Positions 8,231-16,187 of a stretch of 32,000 nucleotides of DNA are shown one piece after another (position 1 is the stretch's first letter; every line of letters begins with the position of its first letter). Under the pieces are notes generated by a model. It had not been told where the DNA came from. It was given only the letters and a program-made list of their open reading frames with translations, and did not search any database. The DNA comes from Gemmata obscuriglobus. GTDB lineage: Bacteria > Planctomycetota > Planctomycetia > Gemmatales > Gemmataceae. The position numbers and the translations under genes were made by a program. Where the stretch lies: positions 2,730,001-2,762,000 of the forward strand of contig NZ_CP042911.1 of NCBI RefSeq assembly GCF_008065095.1. The letters run 5' to 3'.

Positions 8231-8545
8231 GTGGCAGGATTACCCTTGTCTACCGAACTCGACACGAATCCGGTGGATGGGGGAACCGACTTGATCGCGG
8301 TACTCAAGGATGTCGTGAAGCAAAGCGGACTGTCGCTCAACAAGATCGCGACCGAAAGCGGTCTGAACCAAAGCCAACTGCACCGTTTCGTGACCGGTGA
8401 ACGAACCCTTTCACTCGTCTCAGCAGCGAAGCTATTCGCTTACTTCAAACTTGAAATTGTTGTTCCGACGCCTTTGACGCCTGAAAGTGCCACATCCCAG
8501 ACACCGCCGCAGCTCGCTTCACCCGCCAAGAAGCCAAAAAAGTGA
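8231..8545 (+). CDS. XRE/Cro-CI-type helix-turn-helix transcriptional regulator
   Basis: SGLSLNKIATESGLNQSQLHRFVTGERTLSLVSAAKLF is a typical XRE HTH. The start is uncertain: GTG at 8231 or in-frame GTG at 8273. The C-terminal tail is P/K-rich. Confidence 0.7.
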   Translation: MAGLPLSTELDTNPVDGGTDLIAVLKDVVKQSGLSLNKIATESGLNQSQLHRFVTGERTLSLVSAAKLFAYFKLEIVVPTPLTPESATSQTPPQLASPAKKPKK

Positions 8546-8652
8546 CACGCTGATCTCGATCTCTTCCCCGCTTCTGTTGACTGATGCCGGACGCATAAAT
8601 CGGCCGACAGCGTTGGAGAGGTGTTCGCAGGATACAAGCGAGCCGCTTCACT

Positions 8653-8760
8653 CTGCCCGAAATCGAAGTGTGGCCAAAAAGGGGCGACTTAGTCAGATAG
8701 TAAAGAAGCCTGTCATCTGACTAACTAACCCCATTTCGGCCACACTTCGATTTCGGGCAG
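8653..8760. repeat. 108-nt compound perfect hairpin (23-bp outer stem plus 10-bp inner stem)
   Basis: ctgcccgaaatcgaagtgtggcc (8653-8675) pairs perfectly with ggccacacttcgatttcgggcag (8738-8760). ttagtcagat (8689-8698) pairs with atctgactaa (8715-8724). The structure is intergenic between the XRE and methyltransferase genes. Confidence 0.85.
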
Positions 8761-8788
8761 AACGTTTTCCGGCACTACCGAAGGCTGC

Positions 8789-9724
8789 ATGGCCGACCGT
8801 TCTTGGCCCGCCGCAGGCGTAAAGATTTACCGATTATCGCGAATCGGAGCGACGATGCTGGGGTACTTGAGGCGTGCATGGACCACGTGGCACGCGAAGT
8901 CCGACTTCATTGCTTCCATCCGGCGTAATCCCTCGCACACGCTCTTTTATGCGGCCGAGTTGCAGTTTCCAGAGCTTCAAGAAGTATGGGAAACCGGCGG
9001 CCCGGAGCTTCAACCGTACGAAGGATTGGCGTCAGCGTGGGACGAATACGGCTCCTGCAATCAGCCAGATTATTTAGGATTGATTAAATTTTTATCTGAT
9101 CGACATTCTATCGAGTTGCGATCGGTCCTTGATCTCGCGTGTGGTACCGGGTTACTGACAGCTCGACTCGTCCGCAGCTTCAATGAAGTGGTCGGACTGG
9201 ACGCCAGCCCGCGCATGCTGGAGGTCGCGCGGGCACGCCTGGACGGTTGCAAAGGCGCAAGCTTCGTTTTTGGCGATTTCCGCACGTTTTCGCTAGGACG
9301 TCAATTTGATGTTATTGTTTGCACATTTAATTCGTTAAATTACCTGGGCGACTTGAATGAGTTGTCGGGCACCTTTGCCGTGGTGGCAAAACACCTCACA
9401 CCCGGCGGCATCTTCGTTTTTGACGTTACGACCGAGCGGTCGATGCGCGAGCGGTCCGGCCTGTACGCCCACGTCACCACAAACGCATTCCGGTTCGCGC
9501 TTTACTCCAACTACGACCGAAAACAGCGGAAACAAATCTCACGGGCTATCACGCCGACCGGAATCGAGTTACACCGACGAATCCCGATCAGCCTGCAGGA
9601 CGTGAAGACGGCAGCCCGTGAATCCGGCTTGCGTGTTGAAGAGTGCTTCTCTCCGAGTCTCATTCCGGTCCGCTGGCTTGAAGGGTACGCCTCCTTTTTC
9701 GTTCTTACGAAAGCGCCCGACTGA
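8789..9724 (+). CDS. Class I SAM-dependent methyltransferase (small-molecule/protein type, no obvious DNA-MTase motifs)
   Basis: VLDLACGTGLLT is motif I. FDVIVCTFNSLNYL and LTPGGIFVFD are the post-I motifs. An alternative ATG lies at 8855. The gene contains AT-rich stretches compared with the flanks. Confidence 0.75.
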   Translation: MADRSWPAAGVKIYRLSRIGATMLGYLRRAWTTWHAKSDFIASIRRNPSHTLFYAAELQFPELQEVWETGGPELQPYEGLASAWDEYGSCNQPDYLGLIKFLSDRHSIELRSVLDLACGTGLLTARLVRSFNEVVGLDASPRMLEVARARLDGCKGASFVFGDFRTFSLGRQFDVIVCTFNSLNYLGDLNELSGTFAVVAKHLTPGGIFVFDVTTERSMRERSGLYAHVTTNAFRFALYSNYDRKQRKQISRAITPTGIELHRRIPISLQDVKTAARESGLRVEECFSPSLIPVRWLEGYASFFVLTKAPD

Positions 9725-9733
9725 AAACGCCAC

Positions 9734-9787
9734 CGCGAGCGGCCGGAGTCAGGCACCGTTGCCCAACCCCGGCCGCTCGCGTTTCTA
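9734..9787. terminator. Bidirectional hairpin terminator between the convergent methyltransferase and sigma genes
   Basis: A 13-bp GC-rich stem (9734-9746 with 9769-9781) is flanked by aaaa on the left and gtttct on the right. Confidence 0.55.
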
Positions 9788-9801
9788 TGGCCCCAGCGCG
9801 T

Positions 9802-10755
9802 TCACCGTGCGATTAACTCGCCCTGATCGACCGTCGCGGCCGTTGCCCCCTTCCGGCCCACAGCAGACACCTTCCTGAGCTTCCCGAGAACGGCCCGCCG
9901 ACTCTCCCCGAGCAGTTCGGCCGCTTCGTCAATTGTGAAGTCGCGTGCGAGCAGGGCCTTCACGACTGTCCGGGTGTCGTCGTCCAGGCGGGCCAGCTCC
10001 GCGGTGAACCCGTCCGCCCGTGCGGCTTCGTCAAGGTGGTTCACGACCTGGGCGTTCACCGCGAGGTGACTTCGCTTGCGGTTCAGTTCGTTCGACCGCT
10101 GGCGTTGTTCCGCGGGCACTTTCGATGTCGTGGCGTTGTCGATCTCTTCCGCGCTCACGGCGTGTTGCGTGAACCCGATGCGACACAGCGCCCGCACCGC
10201 GGCCTTCAGGTTGACCCGCACCGACTTGAGCGGGTGACCGAGCTGAACCGCGATCTGATCCGGGGACAGCCGGTCGAAAACAACCAGCTCGACTAACCGT
10301 CGGTGCCCGGCCCCGAGCTTCGACAGCACACCGCCCGCGAGCGTCCGCCGCACCTCGGTTGCCAGCGTGCCCATCGTCTCGTCGTCGAGCGGTTCGTCAT
10401 CCTCGGTGTGGTGACCTGACGGCGCCTGATCCTGTGGCCATGCGAACTTGTCGAAATAGTCGCTGTCCTTGTTCCGAATCGACCCGTCGTCTTCGTGGTG
10501 GTGGTTCGCCTTCCAGTTCTTCAGCGTGTTCTTCATCACCCCGATCGCATACGTGGACCACTTCACGCCGCGGGTCGCGTCGAACTTCTCGGTCGCCTGC
10601 CACACCGCGACTTGAACATCCTGCTCGACGTCCTCGCGGTGCCGCGGGACGATTCCCGAGCACCGCACTTCAGCCCCGATGGCCTTCTGTACCTGCATCA
10701 GCATCGCTTCGCGTTCGGCCTTGGTGCGCGCAATGGTCGTTGCTGTCGCGGTCAT
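9802..10755 (-). CDS. Element-encoded sigma-70-family (ECF-like) sigma factor with an extra C-terminal region-4-like HTH
   Basis: EDVEQDVQVAVWQATEKFDATRGVKWSTYAIGVMKNTLKNW looks like region 2. RRLVELVVFDRLSPDQIAVQLGHPLKSVRVNLKAAVRAL looks like region 4. A second similar segment is TRTVVKALLARDFTIDEAAELLGESRRAVLGKLRKV. Confidence 0.75.
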   Translation of the reverse strand: MTATATTIARTKAEREAMLMQVQKAIGAEVRCSGIVPRHREDVEQDVQVAVWQATEKFDATRGVKWSTYAIGVMKNTLKNWKANHHHEDDGSIRNKDSDYFDKFAWPQDQAPSGHHTEDDEPLDDETMGTLATEVRRTLAGGVLSKLGAGHRRLVELVVFDRLSPDQIAVQLGHPLKSVRVNLKAAVRALCRIGFTQHAVSAEEIDNATTSKVPAEQRQRSNELNRKRSHLAVNAQVVNHLDEAARADGFTAELARLDDDTRTVVKALLARDFTIDEAAELLGESRRAVLGKLRKVSAVGRKGATAATVDQGELIAR

Positions 10756-10951
10756 GCGGCATGCCTCGGTTGTTACGAAAGTGGCTGAGAATTAAGGCGT
10801 TCGACGTGTGGCGGGTACTCGGCATGGGGAGGCCGATATACCCACCTCGGAATTCGGGGCGAATTTTTGGAGCACTGCACGTACGGTCTGCATTACCGGA
10901 ACACATTAAAAATCGTAACAATGTTGCGAGCGTTCCGGCCTTACCCGCCGC

Positions 10952-11353
10952 TCACGCTTCGAGCTGTGTCGTCCAGAGTTCGCCAACGCCGATTTGGCCC
11001 TCGAACGTGACCACCAGCGCGTTTACGGCGTTGGCGAACCCGGTGATGTATTCGAGGTAATTGACCCGGAGCATGCGCCAGAAGGTCAGCGTCTCACCCG
11101 GCCGCACGGACTGCTCGGCAATCAGGGCGGTGCCGGCCGCCGCTGCACCACTGGCCCCAAGGAAGAGACTGAACTTCGCGGTTGCGAGCGAGTCATTGGT
11201 AACGTGGATAGCGCGCAGCTCGATGCACTGCGCGCAGATGCCCGCGTTCACGCCCCCGATCGCGCCGGGCGGGGACAGCAGGTTCTGAGCCTCACCGGGT
11301 GCGGCGGTCGGTATTGCGATCGGTCCCGTGCGAAACGTCTTTGCAGCCGTCAT
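10952..11353 (-). CDS. Hypothetical protein, possibly structural
   Basis: 133 aa. ATG at 11353 has GAGGT upstream. The composition is Ala/Gly-rich and looks beta-rich. No motif was recognised. Confidence 0.55.
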   Translation of the reverse strand: MTAAKTFRTGPIAIPTAAPGEAQNLLSPPGAIGGVNAGICAQCIELRAIHVTNDSLATAKFSLFLGASGAAAAGTALIAEQSVRPGETLTFWRMLRVNYLEYITGFANAVNALVVTFEGQIGVGELWTTQLEA

Positions 11354-11508
11354 GACCGAACCTCATGGATGGGTGGAGCGGTGAACGGTCCGGCGAGTGG
11401 AACGGGACCGGTGACGGTAGAGGTTCTTGGGTCATGGGCGCCGCGGACAATGGGGCTTGGCACCGGGCGGCGCGTCAGTCATGCTGAGGTGAGTTCAGAG
11501 GGGAAGTG

Positions 11509-12306
11509 ATGACGGAAGCGGAATGGTTGACGTGCGAAGATGCTGAGGCGATGTTGGAACACCACCACCGCGCTCCTGATCGCAAGTTGCGACTCTTCGC
11601 ATGCGCGTGTTGCCGCTTAGCTTGGGAGTGCATTCCGCCCGGCTACTACCGCAAGCTTGTCGCCGTTTGCGAACAGTTCGCGGATGGGGATCTTGGAAAG
11701 GGAATCGTTGACCTCGTCCGAAAGCGGGCTCAGAGCGAACCTGTCCAACGCGATGGGGTCGCGCAAGTGCCTCACGCCGCACTCGCAACGGTTCAGCCCC
11801 TCGCGTGGTTGGCTGCTCGCGATGCCTTGCGGACCGCCACTGCCGCCACGTGCCAACGGGCTGTTTACACCGCGAGCGTCGGTGAGCCCGATCTGTCGTC
11901 GCCTGTCAGTGTTGCGGCGGTTCAGGCATGGCAGGAGGACTACAAACGGACGGACGCGTGGAGCAGTTCAGGAAAAGTACCGTGGAACGATAGTCGCCTC
12001 GACGCCGCACGAGCAGCCGAGCAAGTTGCTCGCGCGACCTCGGGGCGGCTATTCGCTTCTGCATTACGCTGCGTGCTCTTCAGTACCTTCAGGAGCATCG
12101 AATTTGATTGGGCCTATCTCACCGCAACGACAGTCGCGATTGCACGCCAGATGTACGAAAGCCGCGACTTCAGCGCGATGCCGATCCTCGCGGATGCGCT
12201 GCAAGACGCCGGGTGCGACAACGACGACGTGTTGAACCACTGCCGCGGACCCGGGCCGCACGTTCGCGGATGCTGGGTTGTGGACTTGCTGCTCGGGAAG
12301 GAATGA
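11509..12306 (+). CDS. Hypothetical protein of a planctomycete/myxobacterial paralogous family
   Basis: ATG at 11509 (GTG at 11506) has GAGGGG upstream. It has the N-terminal EWLTCEDAEAMLEHH..DRKLRLFACACCRLAW motif and the C-terminal MPILADALQDAGCDNDDVLNHCRGPGPHVRGCWVVDLLLGKE motif. I recall both from many Gemmata-like paralogs. Confidence 0.7.
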   Translation: MTEAEWLTCEDAEAMLEHHHRAPDRKLRLFACACCRLAWECIPPGYYRKLVAVCEQFADGDLGKGIVDLVRKRAQSEPVQRDGVAQVPHAALATVQPLAWLAARDALRTATAATCQRAVYTASVGEPDLSSPVSVAAVQAWQEDYKRTDAWSSSGKVPWNDSRLDAARAAEQVARATSGRLFASALRCVLFSTFRSIEFDWAYLTATTVAIARQMYESRDFSAMPILADALQDAGCDNDDVLNHCRGPGPHVRGCWVVDLLLGKE

Positions 12307-12433
12307 ACGCGGCGGGGAAGTGCCCGGGGCTGGCCGACTCGGAACGACGACGGCTCCCACAAACGACCGCGACCGGCCGGAACCGGTAAAGTGGTCCCGA
12401 ACCGGTCGCGGGGATGCTCAGTCGGCGCAAGGG

Positions 12434-12976
12434 TTAGACGAAGGCGAGGAACGTCGGCTTCCCGCTAATCTCGACCGTGAGTTCTATAGTGATGCGATTG
12501 TCTTCCGGAATCTCGACGGGGCTGGACTTGATGAACCCGGTGAGGAGCCAGATGCCGTTGTCCGGAAAGAACACGGCCCAACTCAGCCGGCCCCATTTCG
12601 GGTGCGTGTAAGGCGCGATGTTCGGGTCGCCGGCGGGCATCAGCGTTTGGAGTTTCGCCAGTAGCCCTTTGTTCGAGTTCAGGCGCAACGTGAGCTGCCC
12701 CGCGTCAAGGAACCCCGGGATCTTCTCCGCGGCCATGCCGGGTGAGCGCAGGTGCGTCAACGGCGTGACGCTCCGCTCCATCGGCACGCCGTTCAGGGAG
12801 ATGACGTCGCCCAGTTCCTTCCAGACCGCGGAGTTGTTGGTAATCGACAGGTGCGTGTTGTACGGCGGCACCGTGGGCTGGTATGGTGGTATGCCAGAAG
12901 GGCCGGTTGTCAGGGTCACGAAATCGGCGTAGTACAGGGCCGTATCGAAGCTGTTCATGCCGGTTGCGGCACCCAT
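12434..12976 (-). CDS. Putative phage structural protein, tail-tube-like (function uncertain)
   Basis: ATG at 12976 is preceded by GGGGAG, whereas the ORF track starts at a TTG at 12991. SVTPLTHLRSPGMAAEKIPGFLDAGQLTLRLN and the C-terminal ITIELTVEISGKPTF resemble conserved blocks of major tail (tube) proteins. It lies downstream of the capsid gene on the same strand. Confidence 0.45.
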   Translation of the reverse strand: MGAATGMNSFDTALYYADFVTLTTGPSGIPPYQPTVPPYNTHLSITNNSAVWKELGDVISLNGVPMERSVTPLTHLRSPGMAAEKIPGFLDAGQLTLRLNSNKGLLAKLQTLMPAGDPNIAPYTHPKWGRLSWAVFFPDNGIWLLTGFIKSSPVEIPEDNRITIELTVEISGKPTFLAFV

Positions 12977-13075
12977 GCGAGAACTCCCCAAGTGGTTACG
13001 ATCTGGGGAGGTTCTTGGACGACGAGGGACGATGTGAGGTGTTCGCGTTGCTGGCCAACACAGAACGTCGATGGC

Positions 13076-13225
13076 TCACTCAAAACACGGGGCCGCGAGT
13101 ACGATGTTGGCCCCGTCCACCGGGTTCGAGGTGCGTACGATCCAGGCGCGCCGGTACCGCTTGTTGGTGTCAACGTCCTTCGACCCGTCCCGGCCCGTGA
13201 TTTCTTGAACGAACACGACCGACAT
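13076..13225 (-). CDS. Possible 49-aa protein, below the ORF-track cutoff
   Basis: Hand translation gives MSVVFVQEITGRDGSKDVDTNKRYRRAWIVRTSNPVDGANIVLAAPCFE. There is a strong G/C third-position bias. It lies between the HEPN gene and the tube-like gene on the same strand. Confidence 0.35.
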   Translation of the reverse strand: MSVVFVQEITGRDGSKDVDTNKRYRRAWIVRTSNPVDGANIVLAAPCFE

Positions 13226-13287
13226 GAGGAGCGCTCCCGCGGGTGAGTGCTATTCCGCGAGAGGTTCTTGTGCGACGGGTGCGGTGC

Positions 13288-14316
13288 TTAGCATTCACGC
13301 AAATCGTTCATTAGCAGCGGATCATCGAGGTAATGACGCATCAATGCGGTAGTAGAACGGGTAATAAACTCCAGGGCGATGGCTGGAGACCTGAGGCAAG
13401 AGAACTCATTTGAGAAATTAGGCTTTGATCCGTGTGCAATGGCGCTGCGATATGAATATAATATCCTCCAAGACTGCACTTCCATTGTATGTTTATTTGT
13501 GCCCTTCACACCTAGCAAGTCATAAGGGATAGGCAGTTTGGAACGGTGGCCAACTAGTGCCATTTTCTTAGATACTTGATTTGTTAATGAATCTGCTGGA
13601 TTATTCTGGTCTGATTTATGGGCAATTAGTGATTCAATTATGGATACATACCCTAAAAACCGAAGTGCGGAGTGAGATGGTATACTGTCTAGTTGTGCAA
13701 ATTGTGTCAAGGCATTGGCGAGCCGGGGGATGGTGTCGCGCCCGGATTTTAATTTCGTGTACACACTTTTCATATCATCGATATCCGCCTCGGTAACATT
13801 GCAAAATACTTCGTCCGAATTCCAGAACGCTTCGCTATGGCGGGCTAAATTAGAGTATCCGCCGTAACAAGGGGCAGGGCTGCCAGGGAACGTGTGGACG
13901 ACCATTCCCATCTGTAGGCGGTTCTTTGTAAGAATTGTAGATTCAATAAAGTCAAAAAGCTGCCGGCTCGGTCCGTCAAAGTATACTACGTGATATCGCC
14001 ATTGATCTTGCGGGAGATTTTCTACAATTATGGAGCTATGGCTCGACGATTGCCTTTCCTCGCGCACGAACGTTTCATACGGATTCCGCAAAGGGAACGA
14101 GAACGCCCGCGGCGGGTATGTTAAAGCAAACGCCTTCTGTAGCGTGGCAAGTTCGTTAGGTAGAGCTCGGCGCAACTGAAGCCCATCGTCGATTTTGAAC
14201 GATCCATTAAGAGGAAGAGCCCCCAGATTAATCACTTGCGCGAATCCGGAACCATTCAGATCTGAATGAGCAGTAGTGGTAAATTCAATGAATTGCTTTT
14301 CTGATTCAATCATCAT
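13288..14316 (-). CDS. HEPN-domain protein (Rx4H motif), candidate abortive-infection/defence cargo
   Basis: 342 aa with an ATGATG start. The C-terminal SWRILYSYRSAIAHGSKPNF contains R-SAIA-H, which fits the HEPN Rx4-6H signature. The gene is visibly AT-rich: my hand count for 13561-13620 is 18/60 G+C, versus 43/60 at 14941-15000 in the capsid gene. Confidence 0.6.
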   Translation of the reverse strand: MMIESEKQFIEFTTTAHSDLNGSGFAQVINLGALPLNGSFKIDDGLQLRRALPNELATLQKAFALTYPPRAFSFPLRNPYETFVREERQSSSHSSIIVENLPQDQWRYHVVYFDGPSRQLFDFIESTILTKNRLQMGMVVHTFPGSPAPCYGGYSNLARHSEAFWNSDEVFCNVTEADIDDMKSVYTKLKSGRDTIPRLANALTQFAQLDSIPSHSALRFLGYVSIIESLIAHKSDQNNPADSLTNQVSKKMALVGHRSKLPIPYDLLGVKGTNKHTMEVQSWRILYSYRSAIAHGSKPNFSNEFSCLRSPAIALEFITRSTTALMRHYLDDPLLMNDLREC

Positions 14317-14458
14317 TTGTGGCCATGCCCTTTTTAATGATATTTTTTCTTGTTCTGCCTGGATTCTATCTTGTCGATGCGGTTTTTACAAGCAATTGCG
14401 TCATTGCTGTGCGAGACACTTTCTCAGAAAAGGAGGTAATAAGGTAGGAAAATATGGC

Positions 14459-14499
14459 GTCCCAGGCGAGCCAAAATCCCCTTTTGGCTCGCCTGGGAC
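14459..14499 (-). terminator. Perfect 18-bp-stem hairpin just downstream of the capsid gene
   Basis: gtcccaggcgagccaaaa (14459-14476) pairs with ttttggctcgcctgggac (14482-14499) around a 5-nt loop. It lies 23 nt after the capsid TAA. On the minus strand it is followed by gccatattttcc. Confidence 0.7.
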
Positions 14500-14522
14500 A
14501 CAGCTTAGTCGCTTGTCTTTGT

Positions 14523-15857
14523 TTACGGATGCACGAGGTGCCGAATCGGTCCGGTTCCGGCGTTCAGGACTCGCGAGTCGGACCGCAAGAACCCGATGAA
14601 CCCGACCTGATCGAACTCCGCGTACCGCTCCTCCAGCTTCTTCAGCCGGAGCCCCCGCACGTCCCGAATCTTGAACTTCCGGAACGGCCCCGCGAGCATC
14701 GTCTTCGCCCCGCTCGCCGGCGCGCTGTCCATGTTCTGGTTAATCACGTACCGCACGCCCTTGATCTTGTCCGGGGCGCCGTTCTGGCCCTCCTCGAACA
14801 GGTACCGGCCCTGACCGTCCTTGAGCTTGCGGATGATGGCCAGGATGCCGTCATGGAACATGAGGCGGAACGACGGGTCGCGGCGGTACGCGGGATCGAC
14901 CGAGTGAATCAGGTCGATGATCTCGTCTGCCGTGAGTGCCGAACCGCTGGCGGCCGTCTTGCCGAGCTTGGAACCGGTCACCACGCCCTGCGGCTCGCTC
15001 GAACCGCGGCCGACGGTGAAGTGCCGGTTCTGCGCCCGCCCGATGCGCTCCCCGAGCAGTTCGCCCAGGAACGTATCCAGGTCGAATTCGGTATCGTCCA
15101 TCAGCTCGCTCGGCACCTTGACCATCTTCGAGCTGTACTTGTACGCGCTCAGCAGCGTGGTCCCGACCTTCGCGTCCTGGGTGCTCACCTCGCGGTTCTC
15201 GCCGATCAGCTCGCCTTCGTTGCTGGTGTCGTCGCTGGTCGGCCACGGCATCGGGGCGCCGTCGTCGGTGCGGAGCACGTCGGCCACCTCGCGCGGCCCG
15301 CTGTAATCCTTCAGCGCCTTCTCGATGGCCCCGGCGAACTTCCCGCCCGCGATCAGACTCGCCCCGCTGGACGGCTGTTGGGCCGACATGGCGCGGGATT
15401 GGGGTCCCTTGCCCGGGTGCCGATCCAGACGGATTTCGAGCACCTTGCGGTTCGGGTTCAGCCCCATCGTCCGACACGCCCGCTTGTGCGCGTCGGTCAG
15501 GTCGAACCCGTGCTGGCGACGGCACCACGCCTGCAACGCCAGGGACCGCATCTCTTCGGCCGCTTCGGCGCGGTACCGGCGGGTGGCCTTGTTGCGCATG
15601 CTCCGCGGCACCGTGTCTTCTAGGCCGGGGATGTTCCGGCGGTCGCCGGGTCCGTCCAGGATGGCGCCCACCTCGGCGGCCCGGCGCTGCGCCTCGATCA
15701 GGTCCGACTTCTGGTTGAACTCGGTGTTCAGCCGTTCCCACTGTGACCGCTCTTCGGCGTTGAAGTCGCGGCCCTCGGCTTGGAGCACGTCGGCCATCTT
15801 GCGAATCTGAACGCCGATCGGTGCCCGCTCTTCTTGCAACTGCTTGACGGAGGGCAT
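14523..15857 (-). CDS. Phage major capsid protein, HK97 family
   Basis: ATG at 15857 (MPSVKQLQEERAPIGVQIRKMADVLQAEGRDFNAEERSQWERLNTEF) opens a coiled-coil delta-domain-like N-terminus. The core block LLSAYKYSSKMVKVPSELMDDTEFDLDTFLGELLGERIGRAQNRHFTVGRGSSEPQGVVTGS matches the HK97 MCP signature. The overlapping ORFs 14454..15623(+) and 14851..15996(-) are shadow frames. Confidence 0.92.
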   Translation of the reverse strand: MPSVKQLQEERAPIGVQIRKMADVLQAEGRDFNAEERSQWERLNTEFNQKSDLIEAQRRAAEVGAILDGPGDRRNIPGLEDTVPRSMRNKATRRYRAEAAEEMRSLALQAWCRRQHGFDLTDAHKRACRTMGLNPNRKVLEIRLDRHPGKGPQSRAMSAQQPSSGASLIAGGKFAGAIEKALKDYSGPREVADVLRTDDGAPMPWPTSDDTSNEGELIGENREVSTQDAKVGTTLLSAYKYSSKMVKVPSELMDDTEFDLDTFLGELLGERIGRAQNRHFTVGRGSSEPQGVVTGSKLGKTAASGSALTADEIIDLIHSVDPAYRRDPSFRLMFHDGILAIIRKLKDGQGRYLFEEGQNGAPDKIKGVRYVINQNMDSAPASGAKTMLAGPFRKFKIRDVRGLRLKKLEERYAEFDQVGFIGFLRSDSRVLNAGTGPIRHLVHP

Positions 15858-16187
15858 GGTTGCTCTCGGTTGGGTGGTGATGAATCCGAACGACACGCGC
15901 CCCGAAGTGTCGAAGGTTCCCGCCGGCTGGGCGGCGGCCCTCCCGAACAACGGTCAGCAGTGGTCGTGAGCGGTGCCCGGTATGCCCGTCGGACACCGCT
16001 CACGGCCGGCGGAGGGGTGAACGAACGCGGCGGTCGCTGGGTACCGCCGCGTTGCTCCGCACCTACAAGCATTGGTCGTCGGGCCGATGGGAAATGCGCT
16101 CGCCGAACGGACGCAAACGATCTTGCGTCCGACCTCGCTGGCCGACTATGCTCTCTCACCTTGACCACCATTCGAAACGGTGCCGAC

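Noticed and set aside
14454-15623. 389-aa plus-strand ORF preceded by an AAGGAGG-like sequence, and the 381-aa ORF 14851..15996(-)
   Set aside because: Both overlap the HK97 capsid gene. Their products are R/P/H/L-rich with no motifs. The AAGGAGG lies 16 nt from the ATG and falls in the AT-rich HEPN promoter region.
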